DNA from: Parvularia atlantis
Lineage: Eukaryota
Assembly: GCA_943704415.1 (NCBI GenBank)
Contig: CALSCO010000765.1
Coordinates: forward strand, 1 to 37,655
Direction: 5' to 3'
DNA: 37,655 nt
Shown in pieces: positions 23,177 through 34,144 of the stretch (position 1 is the first letter of the stretch; the number at the start of each line of letters is the position of its first letter). The position numbers and the translations under genes were made by a program. Under the pieces are notes generated by a model, which was given only the letters and a program-made list of their open reading frames with translations, did not search any database and was not told the origin of the DNA.

Positions 23177-26115
23177 ATGCTTGCCAGGCGGCATGCATGG
23201 GCGCGGACCGTCGGCGTCGTCGGCGCGCGCCACAAGAGCAGCGCAGCCGCATCCGCCTCAGCAGCAGCAGCAGCGAGCGAGGCGTGGGCGCCGTCGATCG
23301 CGCGCACGCGCAATATCGGCATCATCGCGCACATCGACGCCGGCAAGACCACGACCACTGAGCGCATGCTGCACTATGCCGGCATGACGCGCGCCATCGG
23401 CGGTGCGCGCGTCTGCGGTCGCGCCCGGTGCGCCTGGCGCTCATCCTGCGCTTGCGGCAGACGTCGACGCGGGCAACACCGTCACCGACTTCCTGCAGCA
23501 GGAGCAGGAGCGCGGCATCACGATCAAGGCCGCCGCGATCACGTTCGGCTGGGCCGGCCACCGCATCAACCTGATCGACACGCCCGGTGCGCGCGGCGCG
23601 GCGATTGAGGCGTCAGCCGGGGCGCTCACGCGCGGCGCAGGGCACGTCGACTTTAGCATCGAGGTCGAGCGATCGCTGCGCGTGCTCGACGGCGCCGTGA
23701 CGATCCTCGACGCGGTCAGCGGCGTCCAGGCGCAGACGCTGACGGTCTGGGCGCAGGCGGATCGGCGGCGGTGCGGCTGCTGCAGCCGCGGGCGGACGGT
23801 GCTGAGCCCGCGCGTGCAGCATCCCACGCATCGTCTTTGTCAACAAGAACGACCGCGACGGCGCCGACATGGACCGCGCCGTGCTCGCGGTGCAGGAGAA
23901 GCTGCACGCCACAACGCTCCCGCTGCAGGTGCTCGTGCGACCCGAGGGCGACGGCGACGGCGCGTACAGCGGCGACACGCTCGACATCGTCTCCATGCAG
24001 CTGTTGCAGTGGCACGATCGCGAGGGGCGTCAGCTCGAGCGCCATCACGTTGACCTGACGGGCAAACTCGGCCTGACGTGCGCGCTCGCTGGGCGTGCAT
24101 GCCGCGCGGCCTCACGCGGCCCGCACAGCGTCCTTGGCGCACGCGAACGTCTTCTGGAGCGCCTGGCCGAGCTGGACGACGAGTTCATGGCCGCCTACCT
24201 TGAGATCGGGCGGGTCGCTGACGTGCCGGCCGACGTGATCCAGCGTGCGTGCGTGCTCGCGGCGTGAGCCTGCCCGTCGTTGACGCCGTGCGCGGCCAGG
24301 TGCCGTGCGCCGTGTCACGCTCGCGCACAAGGCCGTGCCTGTGCTCGCCGGCGCATCGTTCCGCAACCGCGGGGTGCAGCCGCTGCTCGACGCCGTTGTG
24401 GACTACCTGCCGTCGCCGCTCGACCGGCCGCCCGCGCAGGCGACGTCCGAGGACGGCAGCACCGTGTCCTTTCCGGTCGTGAAGGTGCCATCGCCGTCGG
24501 CCTGGGCCGCTGACCTAATGCTGGCCGCTCGCTCGCCAGCCAGGGAGCGCCGAGCCGTCGTCGGCTGACAAGCTCTGCGCGCTCGCCTTCAAGGTGACGC
24601 ACGACCGGCAGCGCGGGCTGATGGTGTTCTTGCGCGTGTACTCGGGTCTGTGCGCGCGCGGGTCAGCGTCGCGGATCTGACGGCCCCGCAGGCGTGCTGG
24701 AGGCGCGCGACACGGTCACCAACACGGCGCGCGGCACCAAGGAGCGCGTCGGGAGGCTTCTGTCGGTGTACGCGGACGACGTTGAGGAGATCAGGTGTGC
24801 GCCGTGTACGGTGCGTGTGCGCCCGGCTGATGCGGGTGGACGAGCAGCGAGGTCGCCGCGGGCAACATCGCCGTCGCTGTGGGATTCAAGGAGACGGCCA
24901 CGGGCGACACGCTGCTGGGCTCGAACGACCGCCGGCGCCTGCGACTGGACGGGCTCGTGATCCCGCCGCCCGTGTTCTCGCGCTCGGTCGAAGCGCGCTC
25001 GTCGTCGGAGGAGAAGGCACTGCAGGAGGCGCTGCAGGCGATGCTGCTCGAGGACCCGTCGCTGCAGGTTTGCTGAGCACGAACAGCGTGCGGCCCGCCG
25101 TGACGCGCGCTACGCGCCCAGCTGCGCACCGACAGCGACACGGGCCAGACGCTGCTGTCGGGCCAGGGCGAGCTGCACCTGGACATCGTTGCCGACCGCC
25201 TCCGCACCGACTTCAACGTCGAGCCGGTGATGGGTCCCGTGCTGATCTCGTACCGCGAGGCGCTCGAGGGCAAGGGTGCGCACATGGAGCATATCACCGC
25301 ATCGCGCGACTGATCACGTGCGTGGCGGTCAGCCGTCACGCGCGACTACGTCTACGACCGCGAGCTGAGCGGTAAGCGCCAGTTTGCGTCGATGCGCATC
25401 ACGCTGCAGCCGACGGACGCGGCGCTGTTTGAGACGGCCTCGGAGGACAACGCAACCGGCGCGGCCAGCATCGGCGAGTGCAACGTCGAGATCGACCTGC
25501 GCGAGGAGCAGTGCCAGCACGTGCCATACAACGAGGCGCGCGAGGCCGTGCGCATGGGCGTGCTGAGCGTGCTCGGGCGCGGCCCGCTGCTTGGCTACGC
25601 GGTCGCGGGCGCGTCCGTGTGCGTGACAGACGTGACGCTGACGGCCGACTCTTCCGTCGGCGCGATCAGCGCGTGCGCGACCCTGTGCGTGCGCGAGCTC
25701 CTGCGGTCGTTCACGTCGCGCCTGATGGAGCCGATGATGCGCGTGCGTGCCGGCTGTGTCTGCGCGAGGCGCGCGGCTCACGCGCGCGTCGCTGTCGCAG
25801 GTGTACATCTCAATGACAGCCGAGCACATGGGCGCGGTGCTGGCGGATCTGACGGGCGTGCGGCGCGGGCGCATCGTGGCGATCACGCACAGCCGCAGCT
25901 CGGCCAGCGAGCATGCGCACAACGCGGTGCAGGTCGACGCCGAGGCGCCACTCGAGGCCATGGTCGGCTACTCAACCGCGCTGCGCTCGCTCTCGTCTGG
26001 CAACGCGTCGTTCTCGCTTCAGTTTGCGACGTACCGCGTGCTCGCGGGGCCGCACCAGGCCGCGGTGCTTGAGAAGCACGGCATCCTGCGTACAGCAGGC
26101 ACAGGCATGTACTAG
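23177..26115 (+). CDS. GFM2: Mitochondrial EF-G2 / ribosome-releasing factor 2, multi-exon
   Basis: Arg/Ala-rich presequence-like start, [112 protein letters not shown]2 rather than EF-G1 is inferred from motif divergence. Confidence 0.88.
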
Positions 26116-26485
26116 TAGATCATGTGAAACATTTGCGCAACTTCGTGTGGCACCGTTCGCACGGCTGTGTATGGCGAGCGTGCGGCCCGGCATGCGCCGG
26201 CTCAGGTCAAGGCAGGTGACGAGGCGGCCGCCGATGGCGCAGCCGCCGCGCTCAGGCCTAACTGTCATGCTGACCGTGACCGCCTCTGGATGCACGAGCC
26301 GCTAGCAACTTGCAGCGGCTCGCGGAGCAGAGCAAGCGACTCGAAAAGCGAAACAAGCGGCTCAAGGAGCAGAGCAAGCGGCTGAAGGACATAAACGAGC
26401 GGCTGGACGTCATTGAGCGTGAGCCTGACTGGGAGACTGATCACCTTCTGCGTCGTAAACACTGCACAAAGCAAGCCCCCGTAGC

Positions 26486-28738
26486 TCATGGCCTCAGCGC
26501 GCGCACGACCATGCGCTCCCGCGCGAGCGCGCTCGACAGCAGTGCGTTCGCCAAATGCGGCCGCGCCGCCGCCACGCGCCGGATGCGCCCCGTCCGCTCG
26601 TGCTGGCCACGCAGCAGCACGCGGTGGTCGGGCAGGTGGCTGGTCGCCAGGACGCACGCGCACCGCGCAGCCAGGTCCTCGAGCCAGTTGTACAGCTGCA
26701 GCTGCGGCGTGTCGAGCCGCGGCCACCCGCCCGCGGCGTCCCGCTCGAGCTCGTCCAGGCGCCGCCGCAGGTCCTCGTCGAGGCGGTCGATCTGCATGGC
26801 CAGCTCGTCCTGCTGGCCCGTGACGAGCTCGCGCAGGCTGGCTCGCGCGCGTCGGTGGGTACTCGTGAGGGCAGCGCCGGCGGCACGACGGGCGCGCCGC
26901 AGGGCGACGTCGATGCGCTCGAAGTTGACTTGATGCGGTGTTTGCACAGGGTCGACGGGCGTGGGCACGGCGGGCTCAAGGTCAACGGGCGTGGGCACGA
27001 CGGTTGTCGTCAGCATGCTGGCATACGGCATGTCGAGCGGATCGTCCACTTGCATGTCCACGACGGCAAGCTGCTCAGGCGTGCTCGTCGGCAGCTGCAC
27101 GGGCGTCTCGGACTGTAGCACCGGTCGCGCTTGCGCTCTCAGCACGTTCAGGCTGCCGTCGAGCTCGAGCTGCACAAGCTCCAGCGCCCCGCATCTGCGT
27201 CGCACGTTAGTCAGCTGACGCCTGCCTGCTGCGTTGTCGCACGCACCGCTCACCGGCGTCGTCGATGATGATCATGCGCACGCCCGTGCACGGCATGTGC
27301 ACGCGCACGTTGTACCATAGAGCGAGCTGACGCCACGTTTGCGAGCTGCGCAGCGGTCACGGCGTTCAGGGGCACGGCCAGCGCGCCGTTGCGTGCGCAC
27401 CTCACGATGACGACGCTGCTGTTGAGTTCGAGGTGGGCGAGCACGTCGTGGTCGCGAACCGCGAGCATGATCTCGTCCAGGTTGTTCCACATGCGCAGGT
27501 ACCGTTCGTAGTCGTCCCTGCCCAGAACTGAGCGTGCACGCCGCACGTCAGCCCCCCCCCCCCCCCCCGCGCGGGCCGCTTTGCGGCGCCGGCGCACGCA
27601 CTGCCTTGCACCAAAAAGTTGGTCAAGTCGCCCGAGGTGCTCCCGTCGACGGCACTTGCGGGTACAGCTCGCAAATCGCCCACGAGCTGGCTGTACAGGG
27701 CGCCGGCGTCGGGCAGCGGGCCCGGGCAGGCGAGCACGTGCAGGGTGTTGTGCGTGTTGCTGGGCTCGGCCGCAACCAGAGCGACGTGGCCGTGCTGCAT
27801 GCGGAGCCTGTGCGCCGAGCCAGCCAGCGTCTCAAACTGCGCGCAGGCAGCACATTGCGTGTCAGCACATGCACAGGCACGTCAAGAGCACATGCACCGC
27901 CGACCACCACGTCGCGTCGACGACATGCATCTCGCTGTCGGACGGCCGGGTCTGGACGTGCTTGGCCATGAGGCGCACCGCGACCCAGTGGCACGCGTAG
28001 GCCGTCATCCAGCTGTGCACGGCCATCAAACGCGTGCGCGTGCACGCGCGCGCACGTGCGACGTCCCTGGGCAGCGCGGGCGGCAGGGGCGCTCCAGCTG
28101 AGCCGAGCAGCTCGCGCACAAACACGCGCTGCCAGACAGTGTCGCTCGATGCGACCTCGCGCCACTTGCGGTTGAGGGCGCGCAGGCCGACGAGCGTGGG
28201 TGTGTCAATGTAGTCTGCGCACGCGCAGTGTGTCACGATGCAGCGGCGGCGACTCGTGCCAGCGCGTGCACGCACCAAGGCATGCGATAACGATCTCGTT
28301 CGGTAGCCCCGCAAGCAGCTGGTGCTGCTGCGTGCGCAGGTGTTGGTCGACGAGCGCGCCAAACAGCCGCGCGGTGTCGTTGCAGCCCTTGCGCACGAGC
28401 ACGAAGAACACGTTACGGCGGTGGACGGGGTTGGCGGCCGCGAACCAGGCGACCGCCTCGCGCAGGTCCGCATCAGCCGCGATAAGCCCGGCATCGTCCG
28501 CGACGTCGCTGGCAAGCAACGGCGACGCGTTGGCCGTCTGCGCGAGCTCGGGCGTGTCGGCAGGCGAGATGAGAAACGGGCGCTGCGCTGCGTCGTCGTG
28601 CGCATGACGGCCGTGTCACGGACCGCCGGCCTGCGCACGTGCGCACCCTTGTACTGCATCGACGCCAGCGGCTCCCACACGCTCAGATAGACGTTGTCGA
28701 CGCTCGTGCAGAGCTCTGCCGTGCCGCGGCCGTCGCCG

Positions 28739-28769
<31 letters not shown>

Positions 28770-29507
28770 TCAGCCGCCGCGCCGCCGCCAACGGGCCGCA
28801 CGCACCGAGCACGCTGTGCAGCAGCGCCCGCGCCCGCCGCTCCGGCAGCTCGCCGCGGCACAGCCGCTGGAACGCGTCCGGGCACACGGCCTGCGCGGCG
28901 CGGCGGCGTCACGAGCGGCGTGCGGCGTGCGGCGTGCGGCGTGCGGCGTGCGGCGTGCGGCGTGCGGCGTCATCGCACCTGCGTGTCCTCAAGGCTCGGG
29001 CTGCCCTGGGTGAGTAGCATCCAGCCGCGGCGCATCGCGAGCGCGTGCTGGTGATCCCGTGCCTGCAGGGCTGAAGAAACGTCACTGAGCGGGCGTCAGC
29101 CACAGTGCGTGCGGCTGGGAGCAAGCGCGTGCACGGCAGATAAAGTTGGATGGTGAAGCGCACCAGCCGCGACCAGTGAGGACACGACGACGGCGAGCAG
29201 GCGTGGTCGCTGTGCGTGCGGCGCGCGGGTGCGCGGAGCGTGGGCAGCCGCCCGGGCACACCGTGTCGCGAGGGGAAGGATCGCGGTCGGCGCTCGCGTG
29301 CGCCCGCACTACATACACCACACACCACACACCACGCGCCCCACAGGCACCACAGCGATGCGCGTGCGCACACACACAGCAGGCACACACAGACAGCACA
29401 ACAGGCACCGTCCCCGGCGTCCCGGCCCGCGCGCCTCGCCCGCGCCGCGTGTCAGTCGCGCGTGCATCGCAGCGGGCATGCGCAGCGGGCATGCGCAGCG
29501 CACCCAT
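26486..29507 (-). CDS. F-box domain protein, multi-exon (5' end uncertain)
   Basis: F-box LLAGLPNEIVIACL|DYIDTPTLVGLRALNRKWREVASSDTVW; further exons joined by GT-AG introns to the stop at 26486; candidate ATG at 29507 (gacATGG|gtgcgc). Confidence 0.65.
27552..27568 (+). repeat. C17 homopolymer (G run in an F-box gene intron)
   Basis: On the minus strand the G run directly precedes the branch-like CTGAC. Confidence 0.9.
28739..28768 (+). repeat. C30 homopolymer (G run in an F-box gene intron)
   Basis: On the minus strand it follows branch-like GCTGAC inside a gtgcgt...ggcag intron (28716-28805). Confidence 0.9.
28915..28970 (+). repeat. (GCGGCGT)8 heptamer tandem repeat in an intron
   Basis: Eight perfect 7-bp copies inside a gtgcga...gcgcag intron of the F-box gene. 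Confidence 0.9.
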
Positions 29508-29550
29508 GTCGGGCAAACACGCCGGGCCCCTGATCAGCTCGAAGCGGGCA

Positions 29551-29578
29551 GGGGGGGGGGGGGGGGGGGGGGGGGGGG
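29551..29578 (+). repeat. G28 homopolymer in the F-box / JTB divergent intergenic region
   Basis: Direct read of the sequence. Confidence 0.92.
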
Positions 29579-29686
29579 AACACCGCGGTCGTGGTGCGGC
29601 CGCAGCCGTCGCGCTCGCGGACAGCTGCGCTGGTGAAGCGCCACGAGCCGAAGCGCTCGAAGTGTGACACAGTTCGAACGCCGACG

Positions 29687-30321
29687 ATGCCACGTCGTCG
29701 ACCGTTGCCGCTGCTGCCGCTGCTGCTGCTGCTGGCGGCGGTGGCGGGGCGTGCACGGTGCGCAGCGCACGCGACGTGCGTGCGTGTCCGAGGGGGGGCT
29801 GAGACGGTGCCCGCGCGCGCGGACACAGCGCGCAGGCAGCGTCCGGCGAGGACGGCTCGTCGAGTTCGTGCACGCGCGTGAGCGACTGCGAGCTATGCGA
29901 CTACGAGCGCACGGTGCGCCGCGGCGGCCTCGCGCGCGCTCGCCTCTCGCACTGATCGTGCCCGACCCGCACGTGCAGATGACCGTCGAGGCCTGCGGCG
30001 CGACAAACTACGTGCACACGTTCCTGTGCACGACCGCGCCTGGCGAGCCCACGGCGACCGGGACCGAGGCGACGCAGCAGCTCGTGTACCGCCCGTGCCC
30101 CGTGCCGCCGGAGCTGGCGCGGCACCAATTCATCCTTTTTGAGGTGCGCGCGGCAGCCGAGCGGCGTGGCGGCGTCGCGCGGTAGCTGACGTGGCGCGGG
30201 CGGACCGCAGCTCGGCATGGTCGTGAGCATGATTGGTGCGTGCTTCGTGACGCTGCGGCGGCAGCGTGCGCACCAGCAGCAGCACAGCGAGCGCATCGCC
30301 AAGCGCATCGGGCTCGTGTGA
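29687..30321 (+). CDS. JTB: JTB (jumping translocation breakpoint)-like type I membrane protein, 4 exons
   Basis: Signal peptide MPRRRPLPLLPLLLLLAAVAG; six-Cys module C..DCELC..EACGATNYVHTFLC..YRPC; then FILFE|LGMVVSMIGACFVTL (TM) and RRQR..ERIAKRIGLV-stop, matching the JTB layout (ECSPC..ECGPTGY..C..FKSC..FWKFE-TM-RQR). Confidence 0.8.
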
Positions 30322-30376
30322 GCGAGCACGCAGATCCTGTACAAAGAGAGGGCTGTACTGCCGCGCGCAAACGCGC

Positions 30377-31135
30377 TCACGACTCCATCTCGGCCGCGGC
30401 CGTGGCTCGGACCGCGGCCTTGTCCTTTTGCACCTGCGCGAGCGACTTGACCGCCGCGGCCGGCAGCAGGTCGATGTTGCGCTCAATCTCCTTCTCCTGC
30501 TCCTCGGCCTCGTTCGCCTTGGCCTTCTTCATCCTGTGCACGTGCGTGTGGGTCAGCAGCCGCGCCGTGCGCCGCAGGTCGAGCGCCGCCGCCACCGCAC
30601 CGGTTAAGGAAGAACTGGCGCTCGCGCCGCTCGCGAATCTCCTGGACGCGCTTCATGGCGACGAGCGTGGTCTTCATCAGCTCGCGGTCGTAGCGCACGG
30701 GCACGTTTCGCCGCTTCTCAAACTCAAACGTCGTGTCCTGGCGCGGTCCGACGCGTCGTGCAGCGTGTCAGGCGGCGTGCGCAGGCAGTGGCCGCGCGCG
30801 ACGCACGCACCATGGCCATCTCCTTGCCGGCGGCCTTGCGGAAGGCCTTGGTCCAGCGGATCTTGCGCGGGTTCTTCTTGGCCTTGAAGCCGCGGTGGCA
30901 CTTTGATCTGCAGAACCTGAATATCTGCGCGCGGTGCCGCAGCGTGAGCGCATTGCGCGTGCTGTGGCGAAAGAGCGCACCTTGGCGTCGTTGCGCACAA
31001 ACATGATGCCGTGCCCCGGGTACACCTGCACCCGCACCCCACGCATCAGCAGGAAGGCAGACAGGCAGCGACGCGCACGCCCGGGCCGCGGCCGCGCACC
31101 GTGGACGAGCAGAAGTAGCACTTCTCGAGCCGCAT
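30377..31135 (-). CDS. RLP24: Ribosome biogenesis protein RLP24 (RSL24D1), multi-exon
   Basis: [79 protein letters not shown]. Confidence 0.96.
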
Positions 31136-31320
31136 GTCGCCGTGGTCACTCTCGCCACGTGGCCGTCCGCCACACCGGCCGCAAAGTGGCGCATGCGTGG
31201 CACACCATCATGGCCGTGCGACGCCACACTGCACCGCGCTGATGTCGCCGTGCCGTGCGCGCAGGTACAGACAGATAGCTACGGTGTGTGCAATAAGACG
31301 GCCATCAGGCGACGTACAGC

Positions 31321-33110
31321 ATGGCAGCGACGCGCGTCGAGGGCGCGGCGCGCCATCCCGCGCCCGCGCCGCCACCGCAGCCGCCGCGGCGCGTTTGGAC
31401 GGCCGCCGTCACGCCCGAGACGCTCGCGCTGCTCGACCGCGCCAACCTCGCCGACGAGCCCGGCGCGGCCGACGACGCGCGGCACGCGTTCCTTCACCGG
31501 TTCCTCGAGTTCCAGCTGGTGCGCGCGTCACGGCCCAGCTCGGTCGATCCCCCTTCTTGTACTGACGGGCGCGCCCAGGACAACGTGAGGGCCGTGCAGC
31601 GCCGCGAGCAGGACGGCGTCGAGCTGGTCGCACGCATCCGCCCGCTGTGCGACGCGCCGGCGCCGGCCATCGTCGTTGTTGTGCGTTCGCGGCGCCGTTT
31701 GCGAAGCGCGCGCCGCTCGGCCTTAACTCAAACCCGCGACGTGCCGCAGCCGCCGCCACGACCACGGCATCGCGACGCGCACGTGACCGAGGACGCGCAG
31801 CAGCCGCAGCCGACGCCGCAGCGACGAACGGCGCCCGACGACCGGCCGCGGCACAAGCGCCACCGCCAGCAGCCCTCGCCGCCGCCCGTACCGCGTGCGC
31901 CGCAGCCCCCGCCGCAGCAGCTGCTGCCGCTCACAACCGAGCGGCTGACGGTGCGCGGCGGCCTGCCGATGCCGACACGGCGCGTGTAACGCGCCCGATC
32001 GCAGCTTGTGCGACACGCACCCGGTCTCGAGCGCGGCGCCGCGGCCGAGGGCATCTTCGCCAAAGGTGCGCATCTGCACTCGGGCGCAGCGGGCTGCTCA
32101 CACGCACGGGCATGGGTAGGCAAGCTGTCGCGCACGGTCGAGGTCGCGTCCGAGCCGCCACAACAACCGCCGATGCGCCACAGCAAACGCAGCGCACCCG
32201 TGGCGTCGCCTGTCACACGCAGCCACGCCTTGCGGCAGCGCCAGCCGCCGCCAGCACCGCTGCCGCTGCCGCCGCAGACGCAGACGCAGACGCAGACGCA
32301 GCCGCCCTCGCGCTCGCCGAGCCTGTCGCCTGTGCCGATCGAGTACGTTGACCGCACCAGCAGCCGGCCACCACCCGTCGCGGTCGCGGTCGCGCCCCTG
32401 CCGCCCTGGAACGACCACGAGCGCGACTTCCACAGCGTGCTGGACCTGATCGACACAAGCTTCGCCGTGCGTCGCCGACGAGGATATTTCTGGACTGACA
32501 GCGATCTGCGTTCAGGGAGCGGCCGCGGCGTTCCGCGCGCCCTACAGCGAGCACGACCGCGTTGTGCCGTCCGCGCACGAGCTGGGCTTCTTCGACGACG
32601 GCTCGTCGCCGCCGCTCGCCTCGGGTTACCTCGGTACGCGCGCGCACACTGCTTGCGCGTCCCGTGCGCTGACCACGGACCTGCAGACGACCACGTCACG
32701 TTCTCGCGGATGTTTTCGGTGCGCACCGAGCGCGTCCCCCCCGTGCGCGCGCAGTGCACGCTGACACGCCGCGCAAAACAGCCGGCGATCGCGCGCGTGC
32801 CCACGGCGGCCTCGACGCTGCTCGCGCAGCTGAAGACGCGCGCGTCAGGCGGCGTGCCGTTCCCGTTCGGATCGCCGCTGGTCGCCGCCGCAGCTGCCGC
32901 AGCGACCGCGTCCGGCACGGGGCCGAGCGAGGCGTCGATACCCGCTCACGGCATGTATTCGCCGCTGGTGGTCGGCAGGCCCCCCGCCTACGGCTGGTAC
33001 GACGAGATAGAGTGCGTCGCCGCCGGCCGCCGTCGCTCGCCCCGGCTGATGCGGCGCCCGCCAGCGATGCCGCGCAGGGCTTCGTGTGGCGCCCGCGCCT
33101 GCCGTACTGA
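31321..33110 (+). CDS. Hypothetical Pro-rich, largely disordered protein, multi-exon
   Basis: ATG at 31321 and typical GT..AG introns; exons HAFLHRFLEFQL|DNVRAVQ, ERDFHSVLDLIDTSF, DHVTFSRMFS, ending GFVWRPRLPY-TGA at 33108-33110; no family recognised. Confidence 0.6.
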
Positions 33111-33157
33111 GCGAGAGTGAGCGCGCTTTGCCTTTGTGTGATTGTCCGAGTATCCGC

Positions 33158-34084
33158 ATGCCGCGCAAGCTGCGCATCCTGTGCCTGCACGGCTTCCTGC
33201 AGTCGGCGCAGCTCTTCCGCGAGCGCACGGGCAGCCTGCGCAAGGCGCTGCGGCACCTGGCCGAGTTCGAGTACGTGACCGCGCCGCTGACCATCGCGCC
33301 GTCCGAGATCGACGGCTTCGCGGACGCGGGCGGCGACGACAGTGCGCCCGCGGCCGCACGGGCAGCGACCCATCGCTCACTCACACGCTTACACGCGCAC
33401 ACACACAGCCAGCGCCAACACGTGGTGGTACCCGAACCGCGACCGGACCGGTGCGCGCCGTGTGCTGCTGCTGCCGCCGCGCGATCGTCGACCGCGTGAC
33501 GCGCAGTGTACCGCGACGTCGACGTGTCGCTGCGCTTCCTGCGCACCGTGTTTGAACAGCACGGCCCGTTCGACGGCGTGCTCGGCTTCAGCCAGGGTGC
33601 GCCGTGCCCCCGTCGCTGCTGCTGCTGCTTGCTGATCATGCGGCACAGGCGCGTCGATGGTCGCGATGCTGTGCGCCCTGCGCGGCCAGCCGGAGCACGA
33701 GTGGCTCGCATTCCGCTTCGCCGTGCTCGTGTCGGGTGCGCCGTGGGTCGTCGCGCGATCGCTGCTGACGGCTACAGCAGGCTTCCGCGCCCTCGACCCG
33801 GCCTACGCGCACCTCTACGAGCGCCCGATCGATGTGCCCACGCTGCACGTCTTCGGCGACAACGACGTGCGCGTCAGCCCTGAGCGCTCGCTGCGCCTGG
33901 TCGAGGCCTTTGTCGGGCCGACCGTGTACCGCCACGGCGGCGGGCAGTGCGTGATCTCGCGGGTGCGGACGTGCCGCGTGCTGATCGCGCGCGCAGCTTC
34001 GTGCCGAGCGACGCCGCCAGCAAGGCCGCGTACGCCGTGTTCCTCGAGCGCGTGGCGCTGCCCGACGCGGCGGGGCAAGAGTGA
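33158..34084 (+). CDS. OVCA2: FSH1/OVCA2 family serine hydrolase, multi-exon
   Basis: LRILCLHGFLQSAQLFRERTGSLRKAL, GPFDGVLGFSQGA (nucleophile elbow), PTLHVFGDND, HGGGH. Confidence 0.92.
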
Positions 34085-34144
34085 TCCTGGTGTTCACGAG
34101 ACTGCGAGCGCGCGGGGAGCACAACGGGGGACATGGGCACGGCC

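Noticed and set aside
28716..28805. Poly-Gly tract in the F-box protein
   Set aside because: The G30 run lies between a GTGCGT donor and a GGCAG acceptor beside a CTGAC branch motif, so it is more likely intronic.
31154..31163. Palindromic E-box GCCACGTGGC upstream of RLP24 as a Myc/Max ribosome-biogenesis element
   Set aside because: CACGTG occurs many times in this GC-rich window, including coding regions, so a single instance is not informative.
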